A DNA stretch of 64,000 nucleotides, taken from positions 13,008,242 to 13,072,241 of the forward strand of contig CM082580.2 of NCBI GenBank assembly GCA_040954595.2, written 5' to 3'. Shown here in pieces: positions 50,914 to 63,948 of this stretch (within the stretch, counting starts at the first letter, position 1; each line of letters begins with the position of its first letter). This DNA comes from Balanoglossus misakiensis. Taxonomy: Eukaryota > Animalia > Hemichordata. The notes under the pieces are model-generated. The model was not told the DNA's origin. It saw only the letters and a list, made by a program, of their open reading frames with translations, and ran no database searches. The translations under genes and the position numbers were made by a program.

Positions 50914-51013
50914 CTGACGACATGATTGACAGCCAATCATTGTTCTGCTGTCAGCTGAGCCACCGTCGCACCACAGGCAAGACAGACTGCAGCCAACACC
51001 GGGGAGTATAAAA
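50914..51013 (+). promoter_or_regulatory. Myostatin core promoter (CRE-like, MEIS-like, CCAAT, TATA)
   Basis: CTGACGACA (50914-50922), TGACAG (50927-50932), CCAAT (50933-50937) and TATAAAA (51007-51013), about 130 bp before the ATG. Confidence 0.7.
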
Positions 51014-51139
51014 GACAGACAAGTAACTGCGATCCAACTTCGCGTGCCAGCCACCGCTTGAGACAAGGCTGCAGGTGCTGTACAACCGCCGGGTCTTCCA
51101 GTTTTGTATGAAGCACACTGATTGATTCCAGCAGCAAAT

Positions 51140-54100
51140 ATGAAAGTGGTTTGTCTGATTTGCGTTGTTGGCACAGCAATCTTTCTGGCTACGGCCGAGT
51201 GCAAGCAATCTGACGATAAAAAGGCCAAGGAAAAATTCGACTTTTATGAAACTAACAATTATCGTCACGGCGAGGCAACTATAGAGGACGACAGCCAGCC
51301 GACTGTTGCGGAGCCCACCGCAAATGACACTAGCTCAGAAGATTTGCTGCACAACAAGACCTGTCCTATTTGCATGGCAAGAGATCAGTGGAAAAAGTAT
51401 ACGCTGGCGATTATCAAAGCGAAAATACTGGCAAAACTAGGGATGAAACACCCGCCCAATATAACAGGACCACTTCCAAAGATACCAGATCACATTTTGT
51501 TTGAACATTCACTACAGCTAGGTGACGAACCTGATCCGTATGCGGACGATAATTTCCACGCCAGGACAGAGAAAGTAATCAACTTCGCTTCAAAACGTGA
51601 GTATAGTCAAACTTTTCATTCCGTTAATAACATCTGGTTAAAGTTTTTCATCACCAGTGACGCTGACAAACTCTCGATAACCCCTGTTCTTAGTTAGTTG
51701 ACAGCACCAACAAGAAAGATGTGACATTTCAATTGAAACAAACACCGAGGTTTATTTTTCTTCTGCAAAACATCAATACATCGTATAAACGTGCGCCCTA
51801 GAATTTTACAAATACTCCCCGATTGCTCTGGGTGCAGCGAAGAATGTCGATTTACGAGCAACCTTCCACGAGTGTCAAGGTGAAATCTATAGATCCGATT
51901 TCAACAGTGGCATAAGAGCTTGTTTTGTTCACTAAAGTGCAAAAATTGATTACTAGTGGACAAGCTAAGGAATTCAATGGCCAGTTGCAGCAGAGATCCA
52001 ATACTTGTCCACGTATACCGATGTTTATCGATCCCGGCTTTTCGGCTGTGTTGCCTCTGAATAGGGTATGAAACACCCCTGCCACTGGTGCGGTAAATCT
52101 TTCTTTGGGGTTGGGCAGAGATACATACATGCCATAGTTTGGTATTGATGCTGTGTGTGGAGATATTGTAATTTATCAATATACAACACCTTTGCAATAA
52201 ATAATTGAAATGGAAAAAAGACAGGCGGGTTTAAACAAAGGGCGATGAACTGTCAATCGCTTCGTCATGCTCTCAAGACGATGTGCCCATCAAGCAAGCC
52301 AGTAGCGGACACCAAGCTGTGCAGGTGTGCCATTTTAAATGTAGTCATATATAAATCGCGAGATTTCACTGTTGAAAGTGGGCGTCGTCATTTGGTATTG
52401 GGGAGTTGGGTTACCGGAAATACGTATGTTCTTGGCCTAAGGGTCTTTGGACACTCAATCCCTGCAGGCACATTTGTCCTTTTCACCCGTGAGATATCCT
52501 GCTGCACATTATGCTGAAAGATTAGAACGTAATCTGCGTTTATTCAGCGCCGCATACACGACACCTTTCTGGTGATTAGGTAGCTCTGGTTATGTGTACC
52601 CCCGAAGTGTACAAGTTGTGATCACTTTCATCATTGCCATGGAGCTTGCGGTTGTTGACGTATTACGTTTCTATTGGTAGCATTATAGCCATTAATTGTT
52701 AGTGGGCCATCACTCATATCGTCTATGGCCACTTGAAAGTGTTTATAAGGATGCAAGTGGTAATGGATTGTGATACTTCAGAAATGCATGGCGGAACGAC
52801 GCCAGCAGATCGTGAACCATGGAAACCCAAGTTTGGTTCTTATTATTACAAAACGTCCTCAAAGCTTCTTGCGTTGAATCAAAATTTCGGAATTCCTGAA
52901 CGAGCAAAAATGCAGTGGCAATCAGACCTTGTCGTAATTCTAACCAGGTTGGTGTGCAACACAAAAGCCAGTCTACATTATACCCAAGCGCTCGATATCA
53001 CCAGATCAGCGGAGCAAATTTCTTGACAGGTTGATGACAGTTGATTGAAATCATGGCATCAGGTTGAGTGGCAGTTGAGCCGTTCTTTTGAAAAGCGCAC
53101 TGTCAAAGGAACAATTGCAAAGATTTACCGATACAAGATGTTTGTTGATGCCACTAACAAAGGGCGGAGCAGACTGGATAAGTAGCTTTAGGCAATGATT
53201 CCATCAATACACCTATTGCCGGTGATACCAATACAGCCTATTGGGAGTCATTCAGGTGTAAACCAAATACCCTCGAAGAGTTGGAACCAGCAATGAGACG
53301 TTCGTGTAGGACACAGCCGACTGGCAACAATTGTCTTTATTGCAAGACATGCACAGTCACACCATCTGACTTGTCATGCCAAGCATATTTTATCCAGAAT
53401 GCCCAACACATGGCAACTAGGAAACTGGAAAATTGTCATAACCACAACTTAAATTGTCATCTTTTTTATATTTTCCCAGTGCCCAAGTTTAATAGCAAGT
53501 CCGAGACGGGAGAGCAGCCAGAGTTATCGTCTTTTTACTTCAACATTTCCCAAACATTGATGAATAATCACGTTGTGCGGGCGCACCTTTGGATTTACGT
53601 GAAGCCAGCCGAAGTTGTGCAAGACACACTAACATCAATACACATCTACCAGAGAAGGAAACTAGACGGGATAATCCTAAAGAAACTCGTCCGCTCGCGA
53701 AAGATTAAACTCAGCCCTAAAGGCGGCCACTGGGAGCAGTTTGATTTCAAATACACGGTCCATGAATGGGTGACAGATCCTGATAGTAATTGGGGAATTA
53801 CAGTCGAAGCAACAGACCATGAAGGGAGATCTGTCGTCGTCACTGACACATCAGACGACAAAGAAGAAGTAAGTTGTTGCTTGTTAACGTTCGCTCATTT
53901 TTAGCCATCCTAGAAATAAGCTGAGGAAGGTTAGACAATATCTTGCGCTATTTTCGTACACAGCAAAGTATCGTCAGGAGTCACAAAACCAGAAAAAAGA
54001 GAAGAATGGTCATCGGATATTGCACAGAAAATAAATTAAGATCGGTTTCTTGAACCCAAACCTTAAAATATTCAGCCTTTTTGGAACGATGTCGTATGGC

Positions 54101-54579
54101 CATAAATCTAGAGCTTATTTTCAGATGGTGCAAACCACACAGAATGTATAAACTGTCGCGATAAATGATGTATTTCTTTCATTTGATTATTTCAGAGGCC
54201 GTTCCTTGAAATTCGAACCCAGTCACGTCACACGCGTAAGAAACGAGCCACAGTGGGAATGAACTGCGATGAGCATACAACCGACGAACGTTGCTGTCGT
54301 TATCCTCTGACGGTTGACTTTGAAGAATTTGGCTGGGACTGGATCATTGCCCCGAAAATGTACGAAGCGAACTACTGCGCCGGAGATTGCCCGGTGAATT
54401 TCCTGCCCCAATATCCCCACACTCATCTTGTAGAGCAAGCTGACCCCAGTGGGACTATCGGACCATGCTGTACAGCAACCAGAGTGTCAGCAATTACAAT
54501 GCTCTATTTCAACGACACTCAAAACATCATATACGGAAAGTTGCCAAACATGGTTGTAGACACCTGTGGATGTTCCTAG
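51140..54579 (+). CDS. MSTN: Myostatin/GDF8/11 TGF-beta family precursor
   Basis: Three exons: 51140-51596, 53480-53868 and 54196-54579. Signal peptide, [41 protein letters not shown], furin site RKKR, and a 9-Cys mature domain [42 protein letters not shown]. Probably co-orthologous to GDF8 and GDF11. Confidence 0.95.
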
Positions 54580-56350
54580 ATCTGTGACGGGGGTATATAG
54601 ACACTTCTAAATTGTCATCACCTTGGCAACAGTTGTGACCAACTGTTCGTATGGACAAATCGAGCTGGGGAATTCCAAAATATAAACTGCTTGTTGTTAA
54701 TAGTGGCCATTCAAAAGATAAAAGGTGTAGCTGAACATTGGCTATGACAAAACCTGAGAACTTCAGTCTTTGGCTTGGGGGAAAAAAGCAAAGTCTAGAA
54801 AATTGTAGGTATCAGAACGCTTTTACAGGGTTATTTGTGGCTGGTGGTTGTTTTAGCTTACAAGAAAATTTACAAGCACACTGACAACAGACATTTACTT
54901 GTAAGACTATATGGATGTCCGAGTACTTGAGTTTTGGGTGGTATGTCGAATCATTCAAGAGAATACTTGAAAAGTCTGAAGAAAGTAACCATACACAACT
55001 TGGATATATTATAAGATTAGGCGGTGATGGCATTTGACGTTTTTGGGTCAGCTGTTTTTGATTCTCAACTGCAAATTATTGTACGTTTCATTAGTGATAG
55101 AGTATGTTGTTTTTATAGGTTTTCATCAGATAGATCACGTCTAATTCACGTTCATTTTCAACATGGTTTTCAAATCTTGGACTTTAAGCATACAAGGGCA
55201 TTTACTGTACAAAAGAAAATATTTTGCGTGCATTTTGCGAGTTTCTCCAGAAAGGGGGGTGTAGTAAAAACGAGCAAGAAGTGATATTTTAATACTTGAC
55301 AACACATTTGAACTGAAAGTTGCATAATTTGCGTTTTTTTTTCAAGACTTGTGGATTATCATGCACAAATTTATTTAAGCAATTGCTATTGTTTTTTTTC
55401 AGAATGGAAATTTCTTTCTCCACTGGGAGACTCGACTAAGTGACTTGCCTTTCAAAGGTGTCACGACATCTATAAGATGTAAACTATAAGATTCAATGGA
55501 TAGAAAAGAGTCAACACTTTACTGTAAATAAACACACGAAACTGGAGCAGTTTTTCGTGTGTTACCACTTTGTAGGATAGTTTACAATTTGAAACGTGAT
55601 ATACGAGGGCAGCGGTTAGAGTACAATTTAAACTGTGAACTGTTTTATCATTAATCAATTTGCTAATAAAATGGTTGCAAACCAGATCTGCTGGACCACA
55701 TGTTGAGTAAGACTTAAACTGATAGTTAAAGGGTGTTCCCATGTTACTTTTCCACTGAGTTAGGGGGTCTCAAATATTGTGGAAAAGGCTGAATCAGCAC
55801 TTTTCTCACACTGCCATTGCTATAGTTCTGGATTAGAGGCAAATCCTTGTGTCAGGTTCATATGGATTCCACCATAGTTAAGAAATAAATCTAGGCATGA
55901 ACAGAATCAAAACAAAATGGCCGCCAGGCAGTCAAATTTGATCATATCAGGACAAGCATAAATTGATGAACACACACGTACATGTACATTAGTTTAAAAT
56001 CGGCTGCAGCAAGTTTGAGAAGATAATTGTTTATATAGGGAGTGATGCTGTGGAGCAAATGAACCCTGACCCTTGAACATACCCTTACCCTAACCTGTCA
56101 ACAGACAAACAAACAAACATGACAATATTCAGAAACAACCACAAACATATTTTACAGTGTATTTACAGAGCAAAGATACCATCACGGTCTTCTCAACTCT
56201 CTCTTTAGCTCAGTACAAAACGCTCTCTCTCAGTGACCCACTAAAACACATCTGTTGCTTATGTACCATTGTATACTATTACATACCACGCTTCTCTGCA
56301 TGTCAGAAAGAATAGTACATGTACTCAAAAGAACACATAAGTCAATTTGA

Positions 56351-56857
56351 CATGGGCCACACTGCTTTCCCAGATGTCAATGTTAAACAGTCGTGTGTCA
56401 AGAGTGTAAATCTTCTGTCGCACCCCTTCAAGTCACAGGGCAAGGCTATAAATAGTTTGAACTGCTAACTTTATTTTCTGAAGATGGCATGCAAATCTGA
56501 GCTGGTGATGCAAAGGTGGAAGAGTTAAAAAGACTTGCAAGATTCCTGGCTGTGTTGGAAAATACCAATTTTAAAATGAAGCAGTTTATTCATTTTTATG
56601 TCTGGCATGCAGAGAACAGATTCATTAGACTCAGTACAGCTGTTCTGGATGTCTGTCAACATTGTGATTTATATGGAATGTTGATGGGGGACACCTGGTA
56701 GAATAGTGTCCCTTGTATCTACAAGGTGATGATATGAAAAGAATGACTATTAGGCGCAATAATAGGGAAACAACTAGGACAATTACACTTCAGTAAACAG
56801 ACAGCTGAATATTGATTGATGACAGCAATACTGCCACTGACGTGTCAGTCAGCTGTA
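56351..56857 (+). repeat. 507-bp direct repeat, copy 2 (downstream of myostatin)
   Basis: Same sequence as 46706-47212 with about a dozen scattered substitutions. Confidence 0.95.
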
Positions 56858-57995
56858 AGAAAATTCTCCTTACTTTAACTTCTGTTGCTTAAATTATAAC
56901 TGTCACCATAGCTCTTGAAAATTCTGCTCAAATTAACATGCATCTATCTTTAGCTGGCCATGATACTAAAACAGCAGTCCATGTAATTATAGTATATACA
57001 GATATTAAATCACAAAGTATAAAGGAGAAATAAACAGAACCTTGGGTGGATACTCACATGCCTCACAAGCAGATGTTCAGCTGATACACAAGAGATATTT
57101 AAAGAACAAGAATTTCACCTAAATCAAAGTTGAAGACAGAGTACGCCTTTAGATCCTCGGCAAAGAAGAGTCCCTCACACTATTCTAGTTCTGATATCTA
57201 AAATTGCCCTACATCTTTCTATTCTCCTGCAGCAAAGACTATCACATATGTCATCATAACACATCTCCAGAAATAGTTTCAAAGGTTCGGAAGGGAGAAA
57301 AAGTAGTGATAAAAATAAATTACAAGAGCAGAACAGGAGGTTTAAGTACACAATCTCATGTTTATTCAGTGGCATTCCTGCGAAAGATATATTTGAAGGT
57401 TGGACTGACAGTGACAGATAACCCTCACATGGATACCTACTACAGACTCTTCTTGTTACCTCACAAACTCGCTGCATGAATCAAAGACGTGTGAATAAAA
57501 TACACTGTATGGTATGTACCATGTAAATGTTTAACACAATTGCCTGATCAGTTACCCCATGTTAGTTTACTTAACAATTAGTCGGTAACTTTGATGCACA
57601 TACAATCTATTTGATTCACACAGCGAGTTTGCGAGTTCAACTGAAATTCGCTGTAATTGAAGATTTCTAGGTCGAGAAACAAGCCACAATTTAAACTTCT
57701 GTTGTTCATCAATTTGTTTGTAAGAGAATTTATTATGGTCAGGCGAAAAGTACAGTTAGTGTGGAATAATGAAATAATCATCAAAAGCGGAATATGACAC
57801 AGTCCAATGAAACTCAAGCATTAACAGTGTGTTCCTCCAAAGGCAGTGTATTCAGACCATTTCCATAAATTGAGGATTTGTCATGATCACCCCCACTTAG
57901 CCTGCAACTACTCAATGCAACCATAGGAAATGCTCATATATCAGGAAAGTGATATTGCACAGAAGAGTTCTTGCTGGATAAAGAGAATGGAGTAA

Positions 57996-60900
57996 TCATA
58001 AACTTTTTTCTTCGGCTGAGTCATCTTGTTCTGGTTGTAGATGTCTTGCTTTGTACTGCTCTTCTGTCAGCAATTTCTCCATTTGAGGATCACTGTTTCC
58101 AAATTTGGGTAGAATGATTGCGATGTACCCATCTGTACTTCGCTGAAATGGGAAAGAACCAAAATATTTAATTAAGTAAGTGAGCATGCTTTCAGTATAG
58201 TCTTCCCCAGAACAAGATATCACAACTATACATATTCTTGTCATGTAACAGAACTTCATTCATTAGATGTCATCTTGTTCAGGAGAATACTAACTTGAAA
58301 CTGCAGTTCTCAAGCTTTTGTCGTACATGCATAAGAGTGCTTGATGCAATTCTGCAAAGCCTTTGTAGATCAAATGTCTGCTGAGGTAACCAGGCAGCTC
58401 TGTGACTGAGTTTCATGCTGTTTTGAGTATTAGACAACTCGGTTAGTCACAACAAAGATCCCCAGTCACCAAACAGAATAGAAACTAGAAGCCAAGTAAA
58501 ACGTCTAACTGATTGTGATTGTGTTGTTCCACTTGCTTGACAACCAAGCATAACTCAAACACCCTGAGACCCATCTATAAATCAAAGTTTATGAAACCTT
58601 CACCTTTTCAGCTATAAGACGTGGCCTTGAGAGAAGATTCTCGTTAACCTCAATTAATTTTCCATTGACGCAACTGTACATGGTGTATTCCGTACTGTCG
58701 TCACAAGTAACAATACATAGAGGGGCAGTTTCATTCACCCACTGTCCACCCTGCAAGGTAAACCAATAAACACAACTATTACTTACTGGTTTTTTATGGC
58801 TAACTCAATGTGACAGAGATCTAATAAAAAAGACATGTAAAAGTATGCTGTGATGTAAATTCCTCAAATGGATGTTTTGACCGTTGAAGATGTTGACGTT
58901 TGAACCTACCATTCATTGTATGACATGCCAGCTGTTTTCAGAGTTCCAACTGGCCACAGGCCTGGACTGGCCACAAGATATATTTTAATACATACCTTCT
59001 TCCCTTTGCCGGTTACTTTATTGTCCAATCTGTTGAGATTTTCGGTGACTTGATAGTTGACATTCTGGATTGTCTTTTGATTTTTGATGATCGGGTGGCC
59101 TTCAGCAACTGTTACAACTAAAACTCTGTAACGAAAATGAGGATTAATTAGATCTAGGAATTCTGCCTGGGGCAATTCTTGCAATTCACTGAAAATCTAA
59201 ACAGTAGCTGTAAATATCTGTGCTTAAAAGTCTGAATCCGGCAGTATTTGTGGAGAAATCTCTTACTGACGTGTATGAACCAAGAACTAGGTCACCATTA
59301 TGGAAGCCGAGATATGCAAAAATGGATCAAAGTCACCCCAAAATATGTTAACAAATTTTCCGACATTTCTCATGTTGAGGCAGATCACCATCTTAGGTTA
59401 AAGCTCACAGTTGACAGGATTAAAAAAAGAGTTCACTTGGGCATGTTCTTAATCTCTAAGATCTTTTCCCCAATGAAAGTAATACATGCCTGAACTGACG
59501 TCAAACGATTCAAACATTTTTATTTAATTAAAACTAATCCTTTGATAAGTTTCACACTGTGGAAAATGCTTTTGTAATACAACACAGATACCCTTTGTGT
59601 TAAATATCATAAAACTTAACAATAAGAGCACCTACAAACGAATAGAAGCATTGTTCTGAGAGACTCTTAGCAATATCCCTGTGGGTATATCAATTGTCAT
59701 GTGCGATAAAAATCTGATCAGGAACAAAGGTAGGTTATCGTTGTCCTAAAATACTATACTCATGGGGACTAATTTTCTCATTCAATGATTAAAGCCAATT
59801 TAAAATGACCTGATTGCAACTAAGGACTTCGCTAAGCTAATCCATCATTTTCTATTCAGATTATTGACTGACATAAATTCACACAGGACAACGTCTGTGC
59901 GATTGTGGCTTACAAACCTGGAACATGTACCTACATGTATATGCTAGGTTTGTTGGTGAGACAGAAACTGTTATTCTGGAAAATATTTTCAGTATTTCTG
60001 ATCTGTGTTTTTGTGTCATACCAGTGTACTCAAAAGTTAAATGGAAAAAAAAGTTGACACGTTGAAAAGTAACACTAACTTGTTCAATTTTCCCCAGTTG
60101 TCTAGCAAGTCCATGAAATGACTTGCTGAAATTTGAAAAGCACACATCAGCTGTTCTCTGTCATGACTATGATTAATTGAATGCTCTCTCTGGGTCAATT
60201 CCTGCAAAAGCTCAGAGATCCGGTACAGTGTTTCCTATTACAGAGGCAACATGCAAATGCTGAACTATTCCACTGACCCTGCATTGAACTCTTCTGCCAG
60301 TGGGTACTGGGAAATTCATCATGAGCAAGTCATAATCCTTCAAGTTAGACAGATGAATGGAAACTCTGTTCAATTTATGACTAAAATGACCCTGCAAAGC
60401 AAACTGATTACAGATGATCCAAAACCATTCAGGCCTGTTTAGACAAAGTTTTAAATATCAAAGATTTATACAAATACTTTGCAGCTAAAGCATTTGTTTG
60501 TAGAGAGAAGCATCTCAATTTGAAAGGCAGGAAATGAACATATAAACAATATCTCTTGTGTGGCACGATACAATTATACTAAATAAAAGATAAATGTTAG
60601 AAAAGCAAATGGATATGCCTGTGCATATATACAAACTTCACAAGATATGCCACTATAATATACTACACATTACAGTAAGTTATGTACATTGTTGGCTCAA
60701 TACTGTCATTTTTTTAATGACAAAAACATTGTCTGTGATGCAACTTAACAATGTATGGTTGTCCTTACTTATTTGAATGTTGCAAAATACACATATCTTC
60801 GTTCTTCCTTCCATTGACATCTGTCAAAATAGAATGTTTTTTTTTATGTCATAAAAGTGAAGACATTCTTCATCAGTAATACAATAGACTGAAAGAGGCG

Positions 60901-61539
60901 TGTCCTCCACAGAAATGGACAGTGGAGAGCGCCATCAAGTGGTGAATATTAAAGTTTGAAAATAGCTGAAAGTTTCATTCCTCCATAGACAGAGCATGGA
61001 GGAAAGACCCTCCATTATTTAAACCTTTCACAACTATGGCCCAGTCCAAATCCATTGTTTTCTATGGGAAGGTTGTGCTTCGATAGAACTGGGGGCGAAA
61101 GGGATAAAGTTTGTACAGAAGACTTCTGATGCCAGCAGAATAGACAACTCTCTAATACACGCTAAGCCATACATACTGTTCGTTTCTTCGAAGGATATCA
61201 AGTCCAGACTCAATAATCTGTTATTATACTGTGAATATCTTTTGTGCTTTTTGTTATGAGTCCGTTAGTTCTTTTGAAAATCTGTAGCACAATATGTTGA
61301 GCTATGGTCACCATGGACGCTTTGTTGAGCAGACGACATCTTTGTGTTGTTGTGATCATTGGTTAGGTACACAAGCCTAATCAATGCGTTTTATGGTGAA
61401 AATCACACGTTTACTACTAACCTGTTTTGTAACCAATTCGAAAGTACCTTTCGACAACCGAGGGATATTCTCCATACTCGGAAAATGCAACTTTCTCCGT
61501 CGCATGCGACGACGACGCCGGGGTTGAACTCTCCGCCAT
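57996..61539 (-). CDS. ABITRAM: Protein Abitram (FAM206A/Simiate)
   Basis: Exons 61539-61422, 60820-60769, 59125-58996, 58750-58604 and 58142-57996 give MAES..YPSVVERYFRIGYKTDVNGRKNEDMCILQHSNKVLVVTVAEGHP..NRLDNKVTGKGKKGGQWVNETAPLC..YSCVNGKLIEVNENL..STDGYIAIILPK, matching family motifs. Confidence 0.9.
61019..61108 (+). mobile_element. Short MITE-like repeat copy in ABITRAM intron 1
   Basis: TTAAACCTTTCAC...GCGAAAGGGATAA imperfect terminal inverted repeats, with the core shared with 44037-44125. Confidence 0.5.
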
Positions 61540-63656
61540 TATGACCTTTTAGGACCCTTTAGGTCGTTTAATTTTATTTCATCTCAAAATATAGTACATG
61601 TATATATCAACTTAGAGGGTCATACAAGAGGGCGCACTGTGATCGAAGGCTGGCGCTTGGGTACCTTGCCTTGCCTCGATCAGTACAACTGAAAAGACTA
61701 TTCCCAATAGTAAAGGGTGAGTCGAACTGGTCCAAAAATTTACCAGGAATATTTAGCATGTTTACTCCAGTAAAATCTCGACACCAAGTAGGCTTAATAG
61801 CACTCTCTAACTATTGTCAATAATAGTGTCATGGCCGCCACCAGCAAATAGGGGTTTACGACCAGAAAATCGAACATGATGATTCAGCTAGACGGTATGC
61901 AGAACAAAAATATTTCCAAAAATAAACTTAAAAGTTGGCAATTTTTCCAGGGGCAAGCAGATCATGGTATGGAATCTTCGGCTCCATAAAACTGATTCAT
62001 ATAACATGTGCATGAATTGCACTGAGGTATCTTTTACAACAGTCAGCAACACTAGAGAAGTTTTTGAGTAGTTTCGGACCATATTGTAGTAAATATTTAA
62101 ACTAACGATGCGTGTAATTAAAGATGCACTTCTTCATGTTTAATAAAATTCGTTAAAGTTACTCAATGATCGCTGTTTCCCTATTAAACTATGCACAAGC
62201 TGCGCTAAAGTGAACGCGAACGTTCGAGGCTCCGGAACGTGACTTTATGTGGGCCACCGTTATTCAAACTTTTTCATAGAAAAAGCGCCACCCGGAATAT
62301 AGTGCAGTGGAGTATAATGTTCCACTTATTAGACTATATCCCTGTGGCTTTATATCGAATTATCTTATCTGTTTGGTAATCATCTTCTCCGGAACTAGAA
62401 AATTGATCGAGTTGAAACTCGATCCGATTAATAATTAGGAGTCCAACTTTCACATGGTTGTCGAGAGCAATCCAGTATGACTGGTCGTCACGTGGTTTGG
62501 CAAGCACATCGGCCCTTTACTTGACAACAGTGACGGTCGGGAGGGGGTGCAGTGCCCTCATTACCCCAGGAACCAGCTCACTCGGAGGAGGGGACACCTG
62601 TGCGACTTTCATGTCTATCTACAATGTCCAAGTGCAGGAAGCCGAAAACGGCCGAAAAATGTAACTACTACTTCATACATATCGTGCATGGCAAAGAATT
62701 GTTGCCACTTTCATCACATTGCCGTGTGCTCCTGACATCACCAGTGCAGCTGTCAAGGTTTTCAAATGCTTGGCAACAGGCCCGTAGCAACAAAAATACT
62801 CAGTATGGTATTTTGATTGAAATAACAACAGTTGTGGGAATTGCAGGTACCAAACTTTCCCAAATTCCCACGAGAGAGTCTGCAAACTGCTAAATTGTGT
62901 TTACTTCGACGCCTGGTCTCCACTAACACTGATTGCTTGTTAAAGAAATACCCCGGGCTATGATAGTTGTTATCGCCCTTTCTGGTGTGTGTGTGAGTAA
63001 GTGCGTGTGAGTGACCTGTATAGACTTTGTGAACTCTATACATACACTTCGAGAAGTTATGATAATCAATGACCACACATACTGACGTCGGGGTTCAGAC
63101 CTACAGATATATAATATAACATCGATAAATGGACTGCATAATATTTTTCCGTCTGGCCGTGATGCTTCGCCCACGTTTGGATCGTTTCGGTATGCACTTT
63201 TTCTCTGTTTGTTTAGTATTAATTTTCAGTAGGTTAATTGGTCTCTGAGCGGTACTCAGACAGAGTCGGAACTTTTTTGATTTGTACACGCATAGTTCAC
63301 GGTTGCAATTAATTATTTTGATGGTCGCGGAAGGAACCTCGTCTGAAATATAATTTGATCACGGATGCCGAAACTCTACACAGACGGTAGCTAAGGAGAT
63401 GTCAAGGAACTTTGAGATCGGAGCTGTTTGTCAAATTTCGGTTTCGCAAAGTGGTCACGTCCGGTCGGTAGCTTTTTCAGTTTAAATAGCATCGCTCCTG
63501 CAAAACGGTTCATCATATTCAAACGATCTTACATCTGTCACACGCTTCGTTCGCTCATTTTCCAGAACTACACCGTGCCACCAAACACTCGTCAATATCC
63601 GTCTATACCTGATCGAAGTGGTTTAGCGGTTCTTTATTGCCATCATCTTCACAGCC

Positions 63657-63814
63657 ATGAATTGGCCAGTGTATTTGGCATTTTTGGGCACAGTGATGGT
63701 GCATTCAGTGAGCGCCAACGCCAGATTGCCTCTGCATGGTTTGCAACAGGTTTTAAAATTGGACCGTAACGCCACTAATTCAGAAGTCGATGCTGTTGGC
63801 AGTGCACACAACAG
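63657..63814 (+). CDS. First coding exon of an unknown secreted or membrane protein (3'-partial)
   Basis: acagccATG start context. MNWPVYLAFLGTVMVHSVSA-NARLPL..DRNAT has a signal-peptide-like start and an N-glycosylation sequon. Strong donor AG|GTAAGA; TATA-like TTTAAATA at 63481. Confidence 0.55.
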
Positions 63815-63894
63815 GTAAGATAAGAATATTATCATTCTCCAACGCATGATTTGAATAATTTTCGAAGATTGACTAAAATCTTCCTCTGCCCTTT

Positions 63895-63948
63895 GATCTC
63901 TTAGGATCTCTTAGGATCTCTAAGGATCTCTTAGGATCTCTTAGGATC
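63895..63948. repeat. 10-bp minisatellite (TTAGGATCTC)n, about 5 copies
   Basis: Directly visible tandem repeat. Confidence 0.9.

Noticed and set aside
57058-57226. Exon-like minus-strand segment (CAG acceptor, GTGAGT donor) downstream of ABITRAM
   Set aside because: Stops in all three frames; at most a non-coding exon.
63623-63847. Minus-strand 74-aa ORF with hydrophobic N-terminus
   Set aside because: The overlapping plus-strand exon has better start, splice and promoter support.
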